A DNA stretch of 64,000 bases, from the NCBI GenBank assembly GCA_001643675.2, contig LSRY02000026.1:806001-870000 (forward strand), written 5' to 3'. Each line of letters begins with the position of its first letter. Within the stretch, counting starts at the first letter, position 1. Origin of the DNA: Monocercomonoides exilis PA203 (taxonomy: Eukaryota; Protista; Preaxostyla). The position numbers were made by a program, and so were the translations under genes. Below, piece after piece: positions 47,421-59,368 of this stretch. Under the pieces are notes generated by a model, which had not been told where the DNA came from, made no database searches, and was given only the letters and a program-made list of their open reading frames with translations.

Positions 47421-50400
47421 TCATTCTGCTCCTGTGTTCGACACCAAACACTCGCTCCCCTCCACAGCACATGACTCTCCAACATAGTCCATCGCATCTG
47501 TCATCGTGAAGATCAGCGACCCTGCTGGCAGACACTGTGTCAGCCCCCTCTTCACATCCCCCAGCCCCATCCGCTCTTCTGCCCTTTCTTCAACACATTT
47601 CCCAATAATCCCTTTCATCGTGAAGCTTTTCACAACACACAAATTCGGCCTCTCCCCATTCACAATCTTCTGCCCTGCCACCTCTCCTTCATACTCCCCA
47701 AACGGGATCTCCAGTGTCAGACACTCCCACAACATCATCCCTATCGAAAACACAACTGATTCTTTTGTTGCTCCCATCTTCTTGTTGACCAGCAGCTCTG
47801 GCGCCTTCCACCTCAAACACTCCTTTCTGTTGTATTCATCATCCTCAAAGGCAGAAGAAGGAAGAGAGTCACTATCATCATCGTCATTGTCACTGGCAGA
47901 TGTCACAATAGTCGATGATGAGATGGATGATGAGTCTGAACTATCATCAGGTGAGAAGTCAGAGTGCAAAACAATGCAGATCACCATGTGTTCTGAAAAC
48001 AACACAATGTGAGGACTCAGAGTGGAAAGAGAAGACAATCCATTTTCCATTTCATCAAAAGAGTGGAGTGCCAGATTGGCCACCCAGAACAAGATCTGGG
48101 CAGCTGTTTGTTCTCTTTCTTTCAACGAGCCAATCGCCATCTCCTTTGTCTTGTTCCTTCCATGAAGCAGCATGAACAATGAATCCCTCAGATCCACAAT
48201 CAGCTTCTCATGAGGCGATGAACAAGCAATTGCATCCACCAGATTCGACATAGAAGAGGTGGTAGGGCACATGCTCTCTGATCGAACAAAAGTGGTATCT
48301 GTGTCTGAAGTGTCTGTTGTTGAAGTGGATGAGATGGATGGCGAAGGAGTTCTCTTTCTAATTTCTTCTTCTTCAACCTTCTCCAGCATCCATTGAGGAA
48401 TCTTGTCTGAATCCCTTCCCAGAATATATTCAGTCGATCCACTCTCAGACAGAAGATGCTCAGATGACTCCGAGTGTCCCAAGCTTTTCTCATAAACTCT
48501 CTTCTTTATCCTCTCTTCATTCTTCTTCTCAGCCTCTCTCTCAGCTCTCCTCCACTGCTCTTCAGGTGACATCTCCATCGTCACCATCTCAAACGCCTTC
48601 GGATCCTTTTTGATATTATCATTCACTATCTCTCTCAGATCTTTGTTTTCTTTCTTTGCTTTTCTCCATCGAACAATGAATATCACAGATACAATAAGAA
48701 CGATCAAAAACAAAACAATAAATATCAAACAAAAAACAGCCCATGATGATTTCCCTTCTTTCCCTCCTTCAACAATCCTTTCATCTCCTTTTCCAGCACT
48801 TTCACTCCTATTCTTCAGGATATATGGCTCTGTTGATGAAGGTGAATCTCCTTTCCCAAACACAATCCACACACTCACTTCTGTCTCTTCTCTCTCCTTC
48901 TCCCATTCCGAACATGAAATAAATGTGTGAATCTCATTCTCTGACACAAACCCTTCTTCTTCAATTTCCTTTCTCACAATCTCCTCTTCATCCCCATTTC
49001 CCATGCTCATCTTCACTGACAGATCACATGGCAGAAGCAGCTTTCCCACAATCATCAACTCCACATTTCCATTTGGCTGAGAAATATTCTTCACTTCTTC
49101 CAAAACAGGGATGAAAAATGATGATCCTCTTTCAGTTGCTATCCCTCCCAATTCGCATCCCTCATCCAATATCCACAACGATGTGTTTGGCAACATTCCA
49201 TCTCCCCCTTTCACACTCACAACATCCAACTCCCCATCCCCTTCACAAATCACATTCCTTCGAGCTGATGGATATCCCTCGATCGATGGGTTGTTGTTCT
49301 CAAATTCTCCTTTCTCAATTCTCACACTCCCTCCACTCACCCACAACCCTCCTCCCTTGCTCTTCATAATCGTTGTTTCCCTCATCTCCACCTTGCTCTT
49401 CTCAACATCAACCAATGACCCATTCCATTTGCATAATCCCTCTTTTCTATTGTTATCTTTATTGACTATTTCATCTTCTCTTTCTCCATCAAACACACAT
49501 ATCTCAACCCTCACATCCTTGGAATTTCTAATCTGCATCATGCTTCCCTTATCCACAGAATTCACACACTTTCCGAATGAGCTGTTCAGCACACTCACCT
49601 CTTGCTCAGCATCTTCCATCCCAATCACACATCCCTCCAACAGCAATGTCACATTCTCAACTCCCATCTCTTTCATCTCCACCTTCGCTTTCCCTCCAAC
49701 ACTCACAACATCTCCCTCACATTTGATGTTCGACATTCTTGTTTCATCAATTGTCACTTCTGATTCTTCACAAAATGAAAGAACTGATATTGTTGAATGA
49801 ATATCTCTGAATGTTGAATCAAATATCTTCAGCTCTCCACTCTCCACACTCACAACTGAACTGTTCAACTTCATTTCCTCAACTGTTGTTGTTGGGAAAT
49901 AGAAGAATTCACATTTCTGTATCTCCAGTGATCCATTCTTCACTTTCATGAGACAATTGTGAAAAGCCTCAAATCCATTTTCAAACTGGAATGAGCACCT
50001 CTCCACTGAACATTCATTCACAAACTCCATCACACAATCCTTCTCACCCGATTTCTCAATCTTGCCGTTCAACCAAACAATCCCCTGTGTCTTTTTCAAT
50101 GAATTCACAACCAGATCTCCAATCACACACTCCTTCCTCACAAACCCTTCCCCATCAATCAGAATCCCATTCATCACCCCTTCCTCGATGTGCTCAACCC
50201 CACAGTCGATGCTCACACATGGGTTGCTCTGTGCCCCACACCCCCTCCCATCACTCCCTCTCCCACTCACAAACACCTGTGCCGAATAATAGAATGTGAT
50301 CAGCGGAATCAGATCAACATCTCCCTCGCTCCAACCATCCCTCCCACAGATCGAGTTGTTCGAGTTCAGTGACTCCTGGTTGTAGTTCAGTGCAAACAGT

Positions 50401-53400
50401 GTTTCGTTGATCTGGTGAGCAATCGAGTGGCATCTGACAAACACGTCTTTCCCCACATGTGCCTCATTCATCACAAACAGAATGTTCACAATCTTGAAAT
50501 TCAGAGGTGGAATCTGACTTTTATTTCCATAATTCGCATTTGGGTCAGATCCATCAATAAACAGCCCTCCTCCACACCCTGTTTCACTCGAGCACTTGCA
50601 CATCGAAAATGAGCTCCCATTCACTTTCAACACTGATTCCCCACTCTTCAGCACCACTCTCACCCCCCCTCCTTCAGCACTCAAACCACTCTTGCAACTC
50701 GACATCGAACACTCATCCATCACACACTCCACCCCATCCTCAAATGATCCCACATCAACAACACTCACTCCAATCCCTTCATTCGTGATGTTCGCAAATG
50801 AACACCCAACAACCCTCAAAACTGGTCTGTTCCCATTTGAAAACACCTTCTTTTCTCCATTCATCTGGTTATCTTTTTCCATCATCGAAATCAGGCTTCT
50901 TTCTATCACTCCAGCAAATGAGATGTTCACATTCTGAAGTGTCACCTCACCTGCACTTGGACTGAAGGCAATCAACCCTTTCAACTCTGAAATCAAACTC
51001 AACGAACACCTCTCAATCACAACACTCCCTCCATTCACTCTCATCACACAATATCCAAAACTTTCTGCCACCCCCCTCCCTGGGCCAAATGAACAATCTG
51101 AAACTGACAATAATGTGTTTGCTCCAGAGGATTCAATCAACACTTCGTGATGGGTTGTGATGGATGGCTTGGTGAATGACACATTCACAAATGACAGACT
51201 CACATTCGAGGATATCATTGAATCATCATCAGACAAATCATTCTCATCTTCATCACTGATCGTCACCCCTGTCCCTTTCTTTGTCCCTTCAATCACAACT
51301 TTTTGTGACTCTGATATTGATGAAGAAATTGAAGATGAAAATGAAGAAGAAAATGATATTGAATGGCTCAGCAACCCTGATCCCACAATGGCAATATGAG
51401 TTTCCCCTTCTCCAAGTGTTGGATATCGAAGTGATATCAAGTGGTCAATCGATGAACATGGTGCTTCGGAATACCCACACCCACTGAAGTCTCCTCCTTT
51501 CTCTCGAGAAACAAACCCATTTCCACTTCAGTTCCTCCACAAATACACAACCAATGGAATCACATATCCCTCCTCTCCTGTCGTCTTCCTCTCCCATCCA
51601 CACAACTCATCCAATGATCCCAACTCCTCTTCCTTTATCTCCCATTTCAGGTGCTCCTCATTCACAATCTCTCTCAGATCCCATCCTGACACAAACACAT
51701 TCTTCCCTTTCCACCCATCACACCCCTCAAATTCCATCCCTTCCATCACAAATGTTCCCATCTCATCTGCCAGCTTCACAAACATCCCTCCTCCCATTCC
51801 TCTTCCTCCATCCTCAACATCCTCTCTTGGCACTTCACACCCTGAATATTTCACATTTTTCATTTCCAACCTCCCTCCCTTCCCCACTGATATCTTCATC
51901 CCTCCCCCTTTCATCCCACTCCCCCCTGAACACACTGATGACAAATTGCATCCCTCAATATTCACAATCCCATTAACACCCATTTCCACATTCAAACATC
52001 CCCCTCCAATTCCATCTGTCACTCCCACTCCACTCATTCGGCTGTGATTCATCTCCAATTCAACTCCATTTGTGATCACTATTGGTGATTTCCCACTCAT
52101 TCTCACTCCCCCTTCCATCACAAATCCATCCACAACCAGCCATCCTCCCTCAATGCAAATCACATTGTATCCAATCAATTCATCATTTCCAAATGTGACT
52201 GAACAGCTAGTGATTGTGATGGTTGATGATGAGGAGTGGATAAATCCACTTCTCTTCCCATTCATCTCTTCATTCAGCACAAATGTCAAATGTCTCATCT
52301 CAAATGATTTTGTGCACTCAATGAGGTTGTTCTGGGTTATCGATCCTTCATCCCTCACAAGCACACTCATCCCTTCTTCTTTCCCTGAAACACGAACCTC
52401 AAATGATGCTATTTTCATCTCATTCTTTATCCATGATTCTGAGATAACTTCAATTTCATGAATGTTGATGTTCGCTCTCTTCCCAACACAATAGTCAATC
52501 GTCAAACACCCAAACTCCTCAAACCCACAATGGCTCTGATCCAGTGCCCTCTCTCCTCTCCCATCAACTCTCAGCTTTGTCCCCATTGAACACAAATACA
52601 CAAACAGCGGAATCACTTCCCCTTCTCTCCCATCCTCACTCCCACACAACTTCAACACATCTGTTGGAATCACACCAAAATCAAAAAATGAAAATGAGCT
52701 CCCATTCACTTTCCACTCCAACAACACTCCTCCACCACATTCAACAAACACATCCTTCCCATATGAAGCTTTGTTATCCTCTCCAAACACAAACAAACCT
52801 TCTCCTCCAGATTCCATTTTCATTGAACCATCCCTGCTCTCCATCACAATCATCATCCCTCCCCCTCTCCCTTCACTTCTCCCATCTGAACTCTCCCCCG
52901 AACCCTTCGCCTCACACCCATCAATCACACAACTCCCATTCACAACAACACTCCCTTCCCCCTTCACAACAACACTCATCCCTCCTCCTCTTCCACCAAC
53001 ACACCTGCACCCCTTCACAACACACGACTCAATCACAATTATCCCATTCTTCCCCTCATCTCTCTCTGCCCCAACCACTCCACTCACCCATCCTCCATTT
53101 CCACTTCTCTTCTCAATGTTGTTCACCTCACATCCGCAAAACACAACTGATTCCACCCCTTCACTAAACTCAATCAGCGAATGTTCTCCAAATATCAATG
53201 TCTCTCTGATCACCAATCTCTCCACTTTCACTTTTCCCCCAATCACATTCACAAAACTGTATCCAATGGAATTCTCAGACGAACAAACAACAGAACAGTC
53301 AGTGAGTGTGAGGAGTGTGGAGTTGGATGTGATCAGAGATGATGATGTTTCACCAGATAGAGCAGATGGAATACCAAACTTGATGTTTCTCATTGAACTT

Positions 53401-56400
53401 TTGCTTTGCACATCAATCAGACAAGATGACTCAAAATTCTCTGGTGCTTTCACCCCAACTTCCATCCCTTTTGTCACACATGATATCTCCCATTCATGGC
53501 CATCTGTCATTCCAACTGTCTCAGCAAGCTCATATCCTGAATCCAATTCGATCTTCTTGTTTGTGCCTGGATATCTCACCTGCACTGCATGGGTGATGGT
53601 GGTACACGGATAATAGTCAAACCCACAGAACCACGAGTCGTATCCACCCAGCCCATCCTTCCCCTTCCCCGCATGTGCTGCATCTGGATATGAATCCAAA
53701 TACACATTCAGTGGGAACAGCCCCATTGTTGTGTCACTCCGATCATATCCCACAATCTCATTGTATTTTGAACTGTCATGTTGAACATTCAGCTTTTCTC
53801 TTGTTATTCCCCAGCTCACTGAATCGCTCCCATTCACAAATACATAATTCCCTCCCAATGAGGCAGAACACCCTGAGAAGTCAACTGACGCAATCGAGAA
53901 GTCAATCGAGTTGTCAGCCAGATGCAGCATCATCCCTCCTCCATATTTGCCACTTCTGCATCTCTTGAATGTTGTTGTTCTTTCAACCTGAAGCTTGCTT
54001 GCATCTGTTTCCATCTCAACCTTGATTCCTCCTCCACTGCCATTTTCACACCCACAATCTTCGATTGTCACATTCTGAACAACAAATGTCTCCCCTTCTG
54101 CCACACTCTTTGCCACAACCACCCCATCTCCTTCAATCAACTTCACATTCTTCACCGTTAAGTTCACCAGCGTGCTCCCTCCAGATACTGTGGATGTCAA
54201 AAAAAGGGCAGAGGAGGAAGATGAAGAAGAAGATAAAACAGGTTCAGAGAACAACGATTGAGAAATATTCATATCTTTGATCTCCACATCAACCATCGAC
54301 AGCTGTGAAAGTGGAACCGCAAACACTGACGAAGAAATAACATATTCTCCAACATTACTCCTTGTAATCACAACATCCTCCAATGAGAGTGACCCACTCC
54401 CATCAGATACCACAGCCACATTCGGCGAAGGATTTGTATTTGAGTTACAGTCAACCTTCATGTGCAACAAACCAAGGTGACCTGTTGAAACACTGAACAG
54501 CGATCCAGTTGATGAAAGGGATTTCATTTCAATCGAACTCTCCATCCTTCCTTTCCCAATGACTGAAATCTTCTTTGTCCCAATCTCAATTGTTGTTGTC
54601 TCGCTTTGATGATTCCCTTCCATCAGCGTTATATTCAAATTGACCTGGATCACACTCTTATCAACTGCAACACCAATGGTTCGGCATGCTCTTGATTCGT
54701 TTGCCCCACAAAGCGGAGTTGCATCACTCCCATTCACAGAAACAAAAATAGTCTTATCCTTCAGCCAATCCCACTTTTCTGTGTGCTGATATGTCCAAGT
54801 ATTTGCATTTGAGTAGTTGTAGGCATAGCACATTCTCTTCTCATCTGTGTTTGTGGTGTAACATTCATAGAACGGATTATTTTGGGATAAATATACACTG
54901 TAGTAATCATAATATACCATATCATGCCCATATGGTGTATCTGCAGAGCATTTGCATTCATGGAAAAACAGGAAATAACAATAAATTACATCATTTTGTG
55001 ATGCTTGCCTGTATGGATAAAGATACTATCCTCCACCATATGACGATGCTGAACATGAAATAAACTGAATGCTCCTCATTTTGAATTGTGTCGCAGGAAC
55101 AGTTTTACAAAACATACCTCCGCCAAGTGTATTTGTCACCGAGCATGAAGTGAAACAGCAGTTGAACACACAAGCACTCTCCCCTTTTCCATTTTCTGTC
55201 GGAATGCAATCCGATCCCGAAACCTGAAAATTTTCGAGAAAAAGTCCTCCTCCATTGTAATTTGCTTTGCAACTCTGAAATTCACATTCGCTGATCTGAA
55301 CACATGTTTAAATCACATAAATGCACATCCCTCCTCCAGCATTTCTTTGAACGCTGCAACAGTTGAACGAGTTATTTGAAATATGAACGGATTTAATACA
55401 ATAGCAATGAATACTTCCTCCTGAATAATAAGCATCACAATCATCGAAAGTGCATTGAGAAACAAAAAGCATTCCATTACCCAGATTAAACATGCAGATT
55501 GCACCTCCACTTGATATCCCATCGGTGAATGAATCGCTTGTTCCTGTTGCTTTCGATCCATTCCACTCACACCAAATAAAAGTGTTTGTCCCATTTTTTG
55601 TTTCATTCTGTCTCCCTGGTGTTAGCTTATTGTCTGCAGTTCCTTCACATACAACATTTCTTGTCCTGCAACATCCAACAAACGAGGTGTTTGAGGCAGA
55701 CAAGGAAGCCAAGGGATTGTTGAGAGAATGGACAATCCTGCCATCATATGTGTCGCTAACTGATGAAAATGAGCAACTGTTCATCATGCATGAAGTTTGG
55801 GAAAATGAAGCTGTTGGAGATGCGCAAACCTCATTTGCTGTTGAAATATTGAAAAATGTCAGTTGAGAAAGTGAGATTAGGGGTATTGAAGGGGATGAGA
55901 GGAATGGAGAAGATGACACACAAAAACATGAGAAATGAGATTCACTTACCGAAATAATGGAAGATTTCGAAATGTCAATGTCAAATTGTTCGGAAGTGAA
56001 AAGAGGAGGAAATTCATTCAAACCTTCAACATTTGGCTGAACAGAAACGTTAACAAATGACCCAAAGCTTTCTTCCAGTTCTATCGGAGATAAATGCTGC
56101 TCAACAAAAAGAATGCATTCTTTCATCAAAACAATGCTTCCTTTTTTCACAATGAGAATTCTTTTTGTCCCTTTTTCTCTCATCAACAGTTTCATTTCCA
56201 TGATTGATGAATTGAAGCATTCCAAGCAACCCTCAATTTCACTGGATTTGCAAATATTCACATTCTTCAAAATTCCATTTTCTTTTCCAAATTCTTCTTT
56301 GTTGTTTTTTTCATCTTTCTGAAAGTCTTTTCCACGATTTTCACTCAACTTCATTTTTTTATTCAATCTTGTCGGATCTTCGTTGCATTTTATATACTCA

Positions 56401-56564
56401 GTATTTGAAGGGTTTTTGCTAATCTGAAGCATGTTTCCATTCAATCCAATCATTTCTTCTTCTTTCATGTTTTCTCCAACATTGATTGAGACTTCATTCA
56501 TAACAATAAAAAGAATGCAATTCAAATAAGCACAAAAAACAAACATCCACATTCCAAACAACAT
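47421..56564 (-). pseudogene. Giant receptor-like paralog 3: full-length single frame (3048 codons) with three in-frame nonsense codons; chimeric
   Basis: Track ORFs 55308-56564, 51528-54920 and 47421-51440 share one frame. Stops are TAA 55308-55310 (Ser in paralogs), TAG 55026-55028 (Leu) and TGA 51528-51530 (Trp). The sequence between stops still translates to family sequence. Confidence 0.9.
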
Positions 56565-56667
56565 TTAAGTTCCACGTTCACTGATTTAACGAAATGATAA
56601 ATTTTCTATTTCTAACACCTTATTTTTTTATGGGTTAACAAATAATTCATAGTATTTATATTTTATC

Positions 56668-56668
<1 letters not shown>

Positions 56669-56719
<51 letters not shown>
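56669..56719. repeat. Poly(T)51 tract
   Basis: Directly visible, ~105 bp upstream of the paralog-3 ATG. Confidence 0.9.
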
Positions 56720-56721
<2 letters not shown>

Positions 56722-56989
56722 CTCGCCATAGTATTTCAAATAAGAAAGATAATTTAATGATAACGAAAATACAAAAAAACGGGGATTAACAACTTTAATG
56801 AATATTTGGGTTATTATTTTTGAAAACGTAATTTTTCTTTCAAAAATATTGGTTCGAAAATTTCGCTTGAATGTCAACAAAAGAACACTGAAAAATGAAA
56901 TAACTTGTTGAAGAAATCATCATCTTTATTTGAATAAAAACCTTTATTTTGTAAACAATTGTTATGAACAAAGTATTTGTATTTAAATA

Positions 56990-57686
56990 CAGTCAAAACC
57001 GGATATAATCACATCGGTTTTTGCACAACTTTTTGTGACTATATCCGATTGTGATTATACACGATGCTGCTTTACACAGAAGAAAATAAAATTTAATTTA
57101 TGAAATAATTAATTTTGGGTCAAATTTTTTATTTTTTTTAAAATTCTTCATAAAAAACGCATTTTTCAATAGAAAAAACAATTTTTTGGATTTTATTATG
57201 TTATTTAGACTTATTTTAACATAATTTTGAAAAATCAAAAAATTGAAAATTTTGATCAAAAAATCGATTTTTCAATGAAAAAAGCACCCATAATAATGAA
57301 AAATGTGATTATATGTCAAAAATTTTTTGAAAAGTTCCTTTTGTTTAATTTTCAAATAAAGAAAATATTTTATATTTCGACCAAATTTCTATTCACACTC
57401 ACGAAAATTCACAAAAATGGAAATAATAATATTGTCAAGATTGTATTTTCATGACAGCAAAATTTGGTGAGTGTGAATAGAAATTTGGTCGAAATATATA
57501 ATATTTTCTTTATTTGAAAATTAAACAAAAGGAACTTTTCAAAAAAATTTTGACATATATTTTCAGCCCTGTGATTATATGCGATGGAAAATGAATGAAA
57601 AATAGGCCAAAAATGTCGGTGCATTGAAAAATGTGACAATAAACGAATGTGATTATATTCGAATTGATTATATCCGGTTTAGATTG
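56990..57686. mobile_element. Tc1/mariner-pogo-like MITE (697 bp) with TA target-site duplication
   Basis: TA|CAGTCAAAACCGGATATAATCA ... TGATTATATCCGGTTTAGATTG|TA (20/22). CAGT terminus. Internal GTGATTATA motif repeated at ~57051, 57305, 57571 and 57649. Confidence 0.8.
57310..57559. repeat. Near-perfect internal hairpin, 93-bp arms, 64-bp loop
   Basis: 57310-57402 is the reverse complement of 57467-57559 with very few mismatches. Confidence 0.9.
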
Positions 57687-57801
57687 TATTTATTCTGAAA
57701 ACAAATAATTTTTGAAAAGCCAACACCCCGAAAAAAGATATGATTTCAAAAATAATCACCCATTTAGAAACTTTTTCTTGGTTTTTTGGTTAAAAAGCAT
57801 A

Positions 57802-58008
57802 TGGCTGATCCTTTTTGAAAACATCCTTTCATTCGAGTTTTAATCAAATTTTTATCCTCAATGGGATTTTGAAAAAGATGAGATGAAATAGGGACATTTA
57901 TTGTTTATGATGTTGTTATTGCACAAACAAATTTTGACACAAATCCCATTGAAAACAAAATTTTGATCAAAACTCGAACGAAAGGATGATTTCAAAAAGG
58001 ATCAGCCA
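57802..58008. mobile_element. MITE with TA flanks (207 bp), ~75-bp imperfect TIRs
   Basis: TA|TGGCTGATCCTTTTTGAAAACATCCTTTC ... GAAAGGATGATTTCAAAAAGGATCAGCCA|TA. Confidence 0.85.
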
Positions 58009-58424
58009 TATCACAACTTTTAATAAAAATTTTTTTGAATATTTCTTTAACTTGTATCTCTTTCTCTCTTTCTCTCTTTCTCTCTCTCTTTAATTCTTTC
58101 TCTTATTCTCTCTCACTCTTATTAAATGCATCAATATTAAATTATAAAACCTGTTTGTGGTGAATTTTTTGTTTTTGTTATCTGTCTTTTTCAATGAAAA
58201 ATATCAAATTTTCGAAAATATTATGGTTATGATCAAATTGATTTCTTTAAATAATGCTAGAAATCAATTTATAAAAAAATTGTATAAACTTTTTCTCGAA
58301 TCACATAAATTTATTGTTTTCTTTTTAAAAATAAGTGATAACTAACGTTAGCAATCATTCAAAATAATTTTTTTTTCATTTCATCTCTCGCAATCATGAT
58401 GCACACATTTTTGATGTGTGAAAA

Positions 58425-58429
<5 letters not shown>

Positions 58430-58479
<50 letters not shown>
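58430..58479. repeat. Poly(T)50 tract
   Basis: Directly visible. Confidence 0.9.
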
Positions 58480-58485
<6 letters not shown>

Positions 58486-58818
58486 CAACCCTATTAATAA
58501 AACAGATTAAAAAAAAGAATAAAACACAAACGGCTTATCACAACATAAAGTGACATTCAGTCACTCTTTTTTTTCGGATTTTTTGTGATAGAATTGTTAA
58601 ATATTATTACAAAGAATGCAAGTGGTGAATTTTTCGTTCATGCAAAACTTTTTTTTTTATTTGATTATTAAAATTTCGATAATGATTTAGTTGTGATCAA
58701 ACTTTATGTGATAAAGTTTGTTTGAAAATGGAAGGATTTCTGGAAATTTCATGGTATGGTTCATATTATTTTTATATAAATAAATCAATTAATTCAAAAC
58801 ATTTAACGGAGAAGACAG

Positions 58819-59368
58819 ACTTTCAAGCTTTTTTCGCACAAGGCATTGAAAAATTGTTTCGCTCATAACTTTATTTCTCTTTCTCAGATTTCAAAATAAA
58901 TATGATTTTCTTATCCGAAAACAGTCATCGTTGAAATAAAAACATAAAGTGTTGTGACATTTTACGAATGTCAAAAAATGGACTCATATTTATAGTGTTT
59001 TTTGATATAAAAAAGTCAATGAAAAGTGCATAATTTTTCAATGAAAATGCCTGAAGAAAAATATTATCCCCCAAATAAATAAACAAATAAAATTCAAAAT
59101 ATATAAATTCGCATGGGATGAAACATTTCTCTTCAAGCATTTTCATTGAAAAATTATGCACTTTTCATTGACTTTTTTATATCAAAAAACACTATAAATA
59201 TGAGTCCATTTTTTGACATTCGTAAAATGTCACAACACTTTATGTTTTTATTTCAACGATGACTGTTTTCGGATAAGAAAATCATATTTATTTTGAAATC
59301 TGAGAAAGAGAAATAAAGTTATGAGCGAAACAATAAATTTGTGCTTTGTGCATAAAAAGCTTGAAAGT
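58819..59368. mobile_element. Foldback element/hairpin with 198-bp apparently perfect arms
   Basis: 58853-59050 is the reverse complement of 59137-59334. Imperfect pairing continues inward and outward on the same axis. Confidence 0.85.

Larger units (their letters stand above)
36460..54613. repeat. ~18.2-kb palindrome (inverted duplication): arms 36460-45490 and 45584-54613, 93-bp unique spacer
   Basis: Mirror ORFs in all frames have coordinate sums of 91073 (e.g. 43652+47421). Direct reverse-complement identity is seen around the centre. Homology ends at ATCATCAAAGCGAGACA (36460/54613). Confidence 0.97.
56807..57762. mobile_element. Short-family MITE interrupted by a nested pogo-like MITE
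   Basis: TGGGTTATTATTTTTGAAAAC (56807) against GATTTCAAAAATAATCACCCA (57742-57762), 19/21 inverted match. Subtracting the insert leaves ~257 bp, close to the other family members. Confidence 0.6.

Noticed and set aside
36460-54613. Palindrome as a pure assembly fold-back artefact
   Set aside because: Considered unlikely but not excluded. The arms carry paralog-shared substitution patches and different in-frame 5' ends, and the centre is a unique spacer bounded by TE termini.
47421-56564. Stop-codon reassignment (TAR=Gln as in some oxymonads, or TGA=Trp) explaining the in-frame stops
   Set aside because: TAA and TAG align to Ser and Leu, not Gln. The other giant ORFs have no internal stops. 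TAA, TAG and TGA all terminate conserved genes here (RPS14 TAA, WD40 gene TAG, TPT1 TGA).
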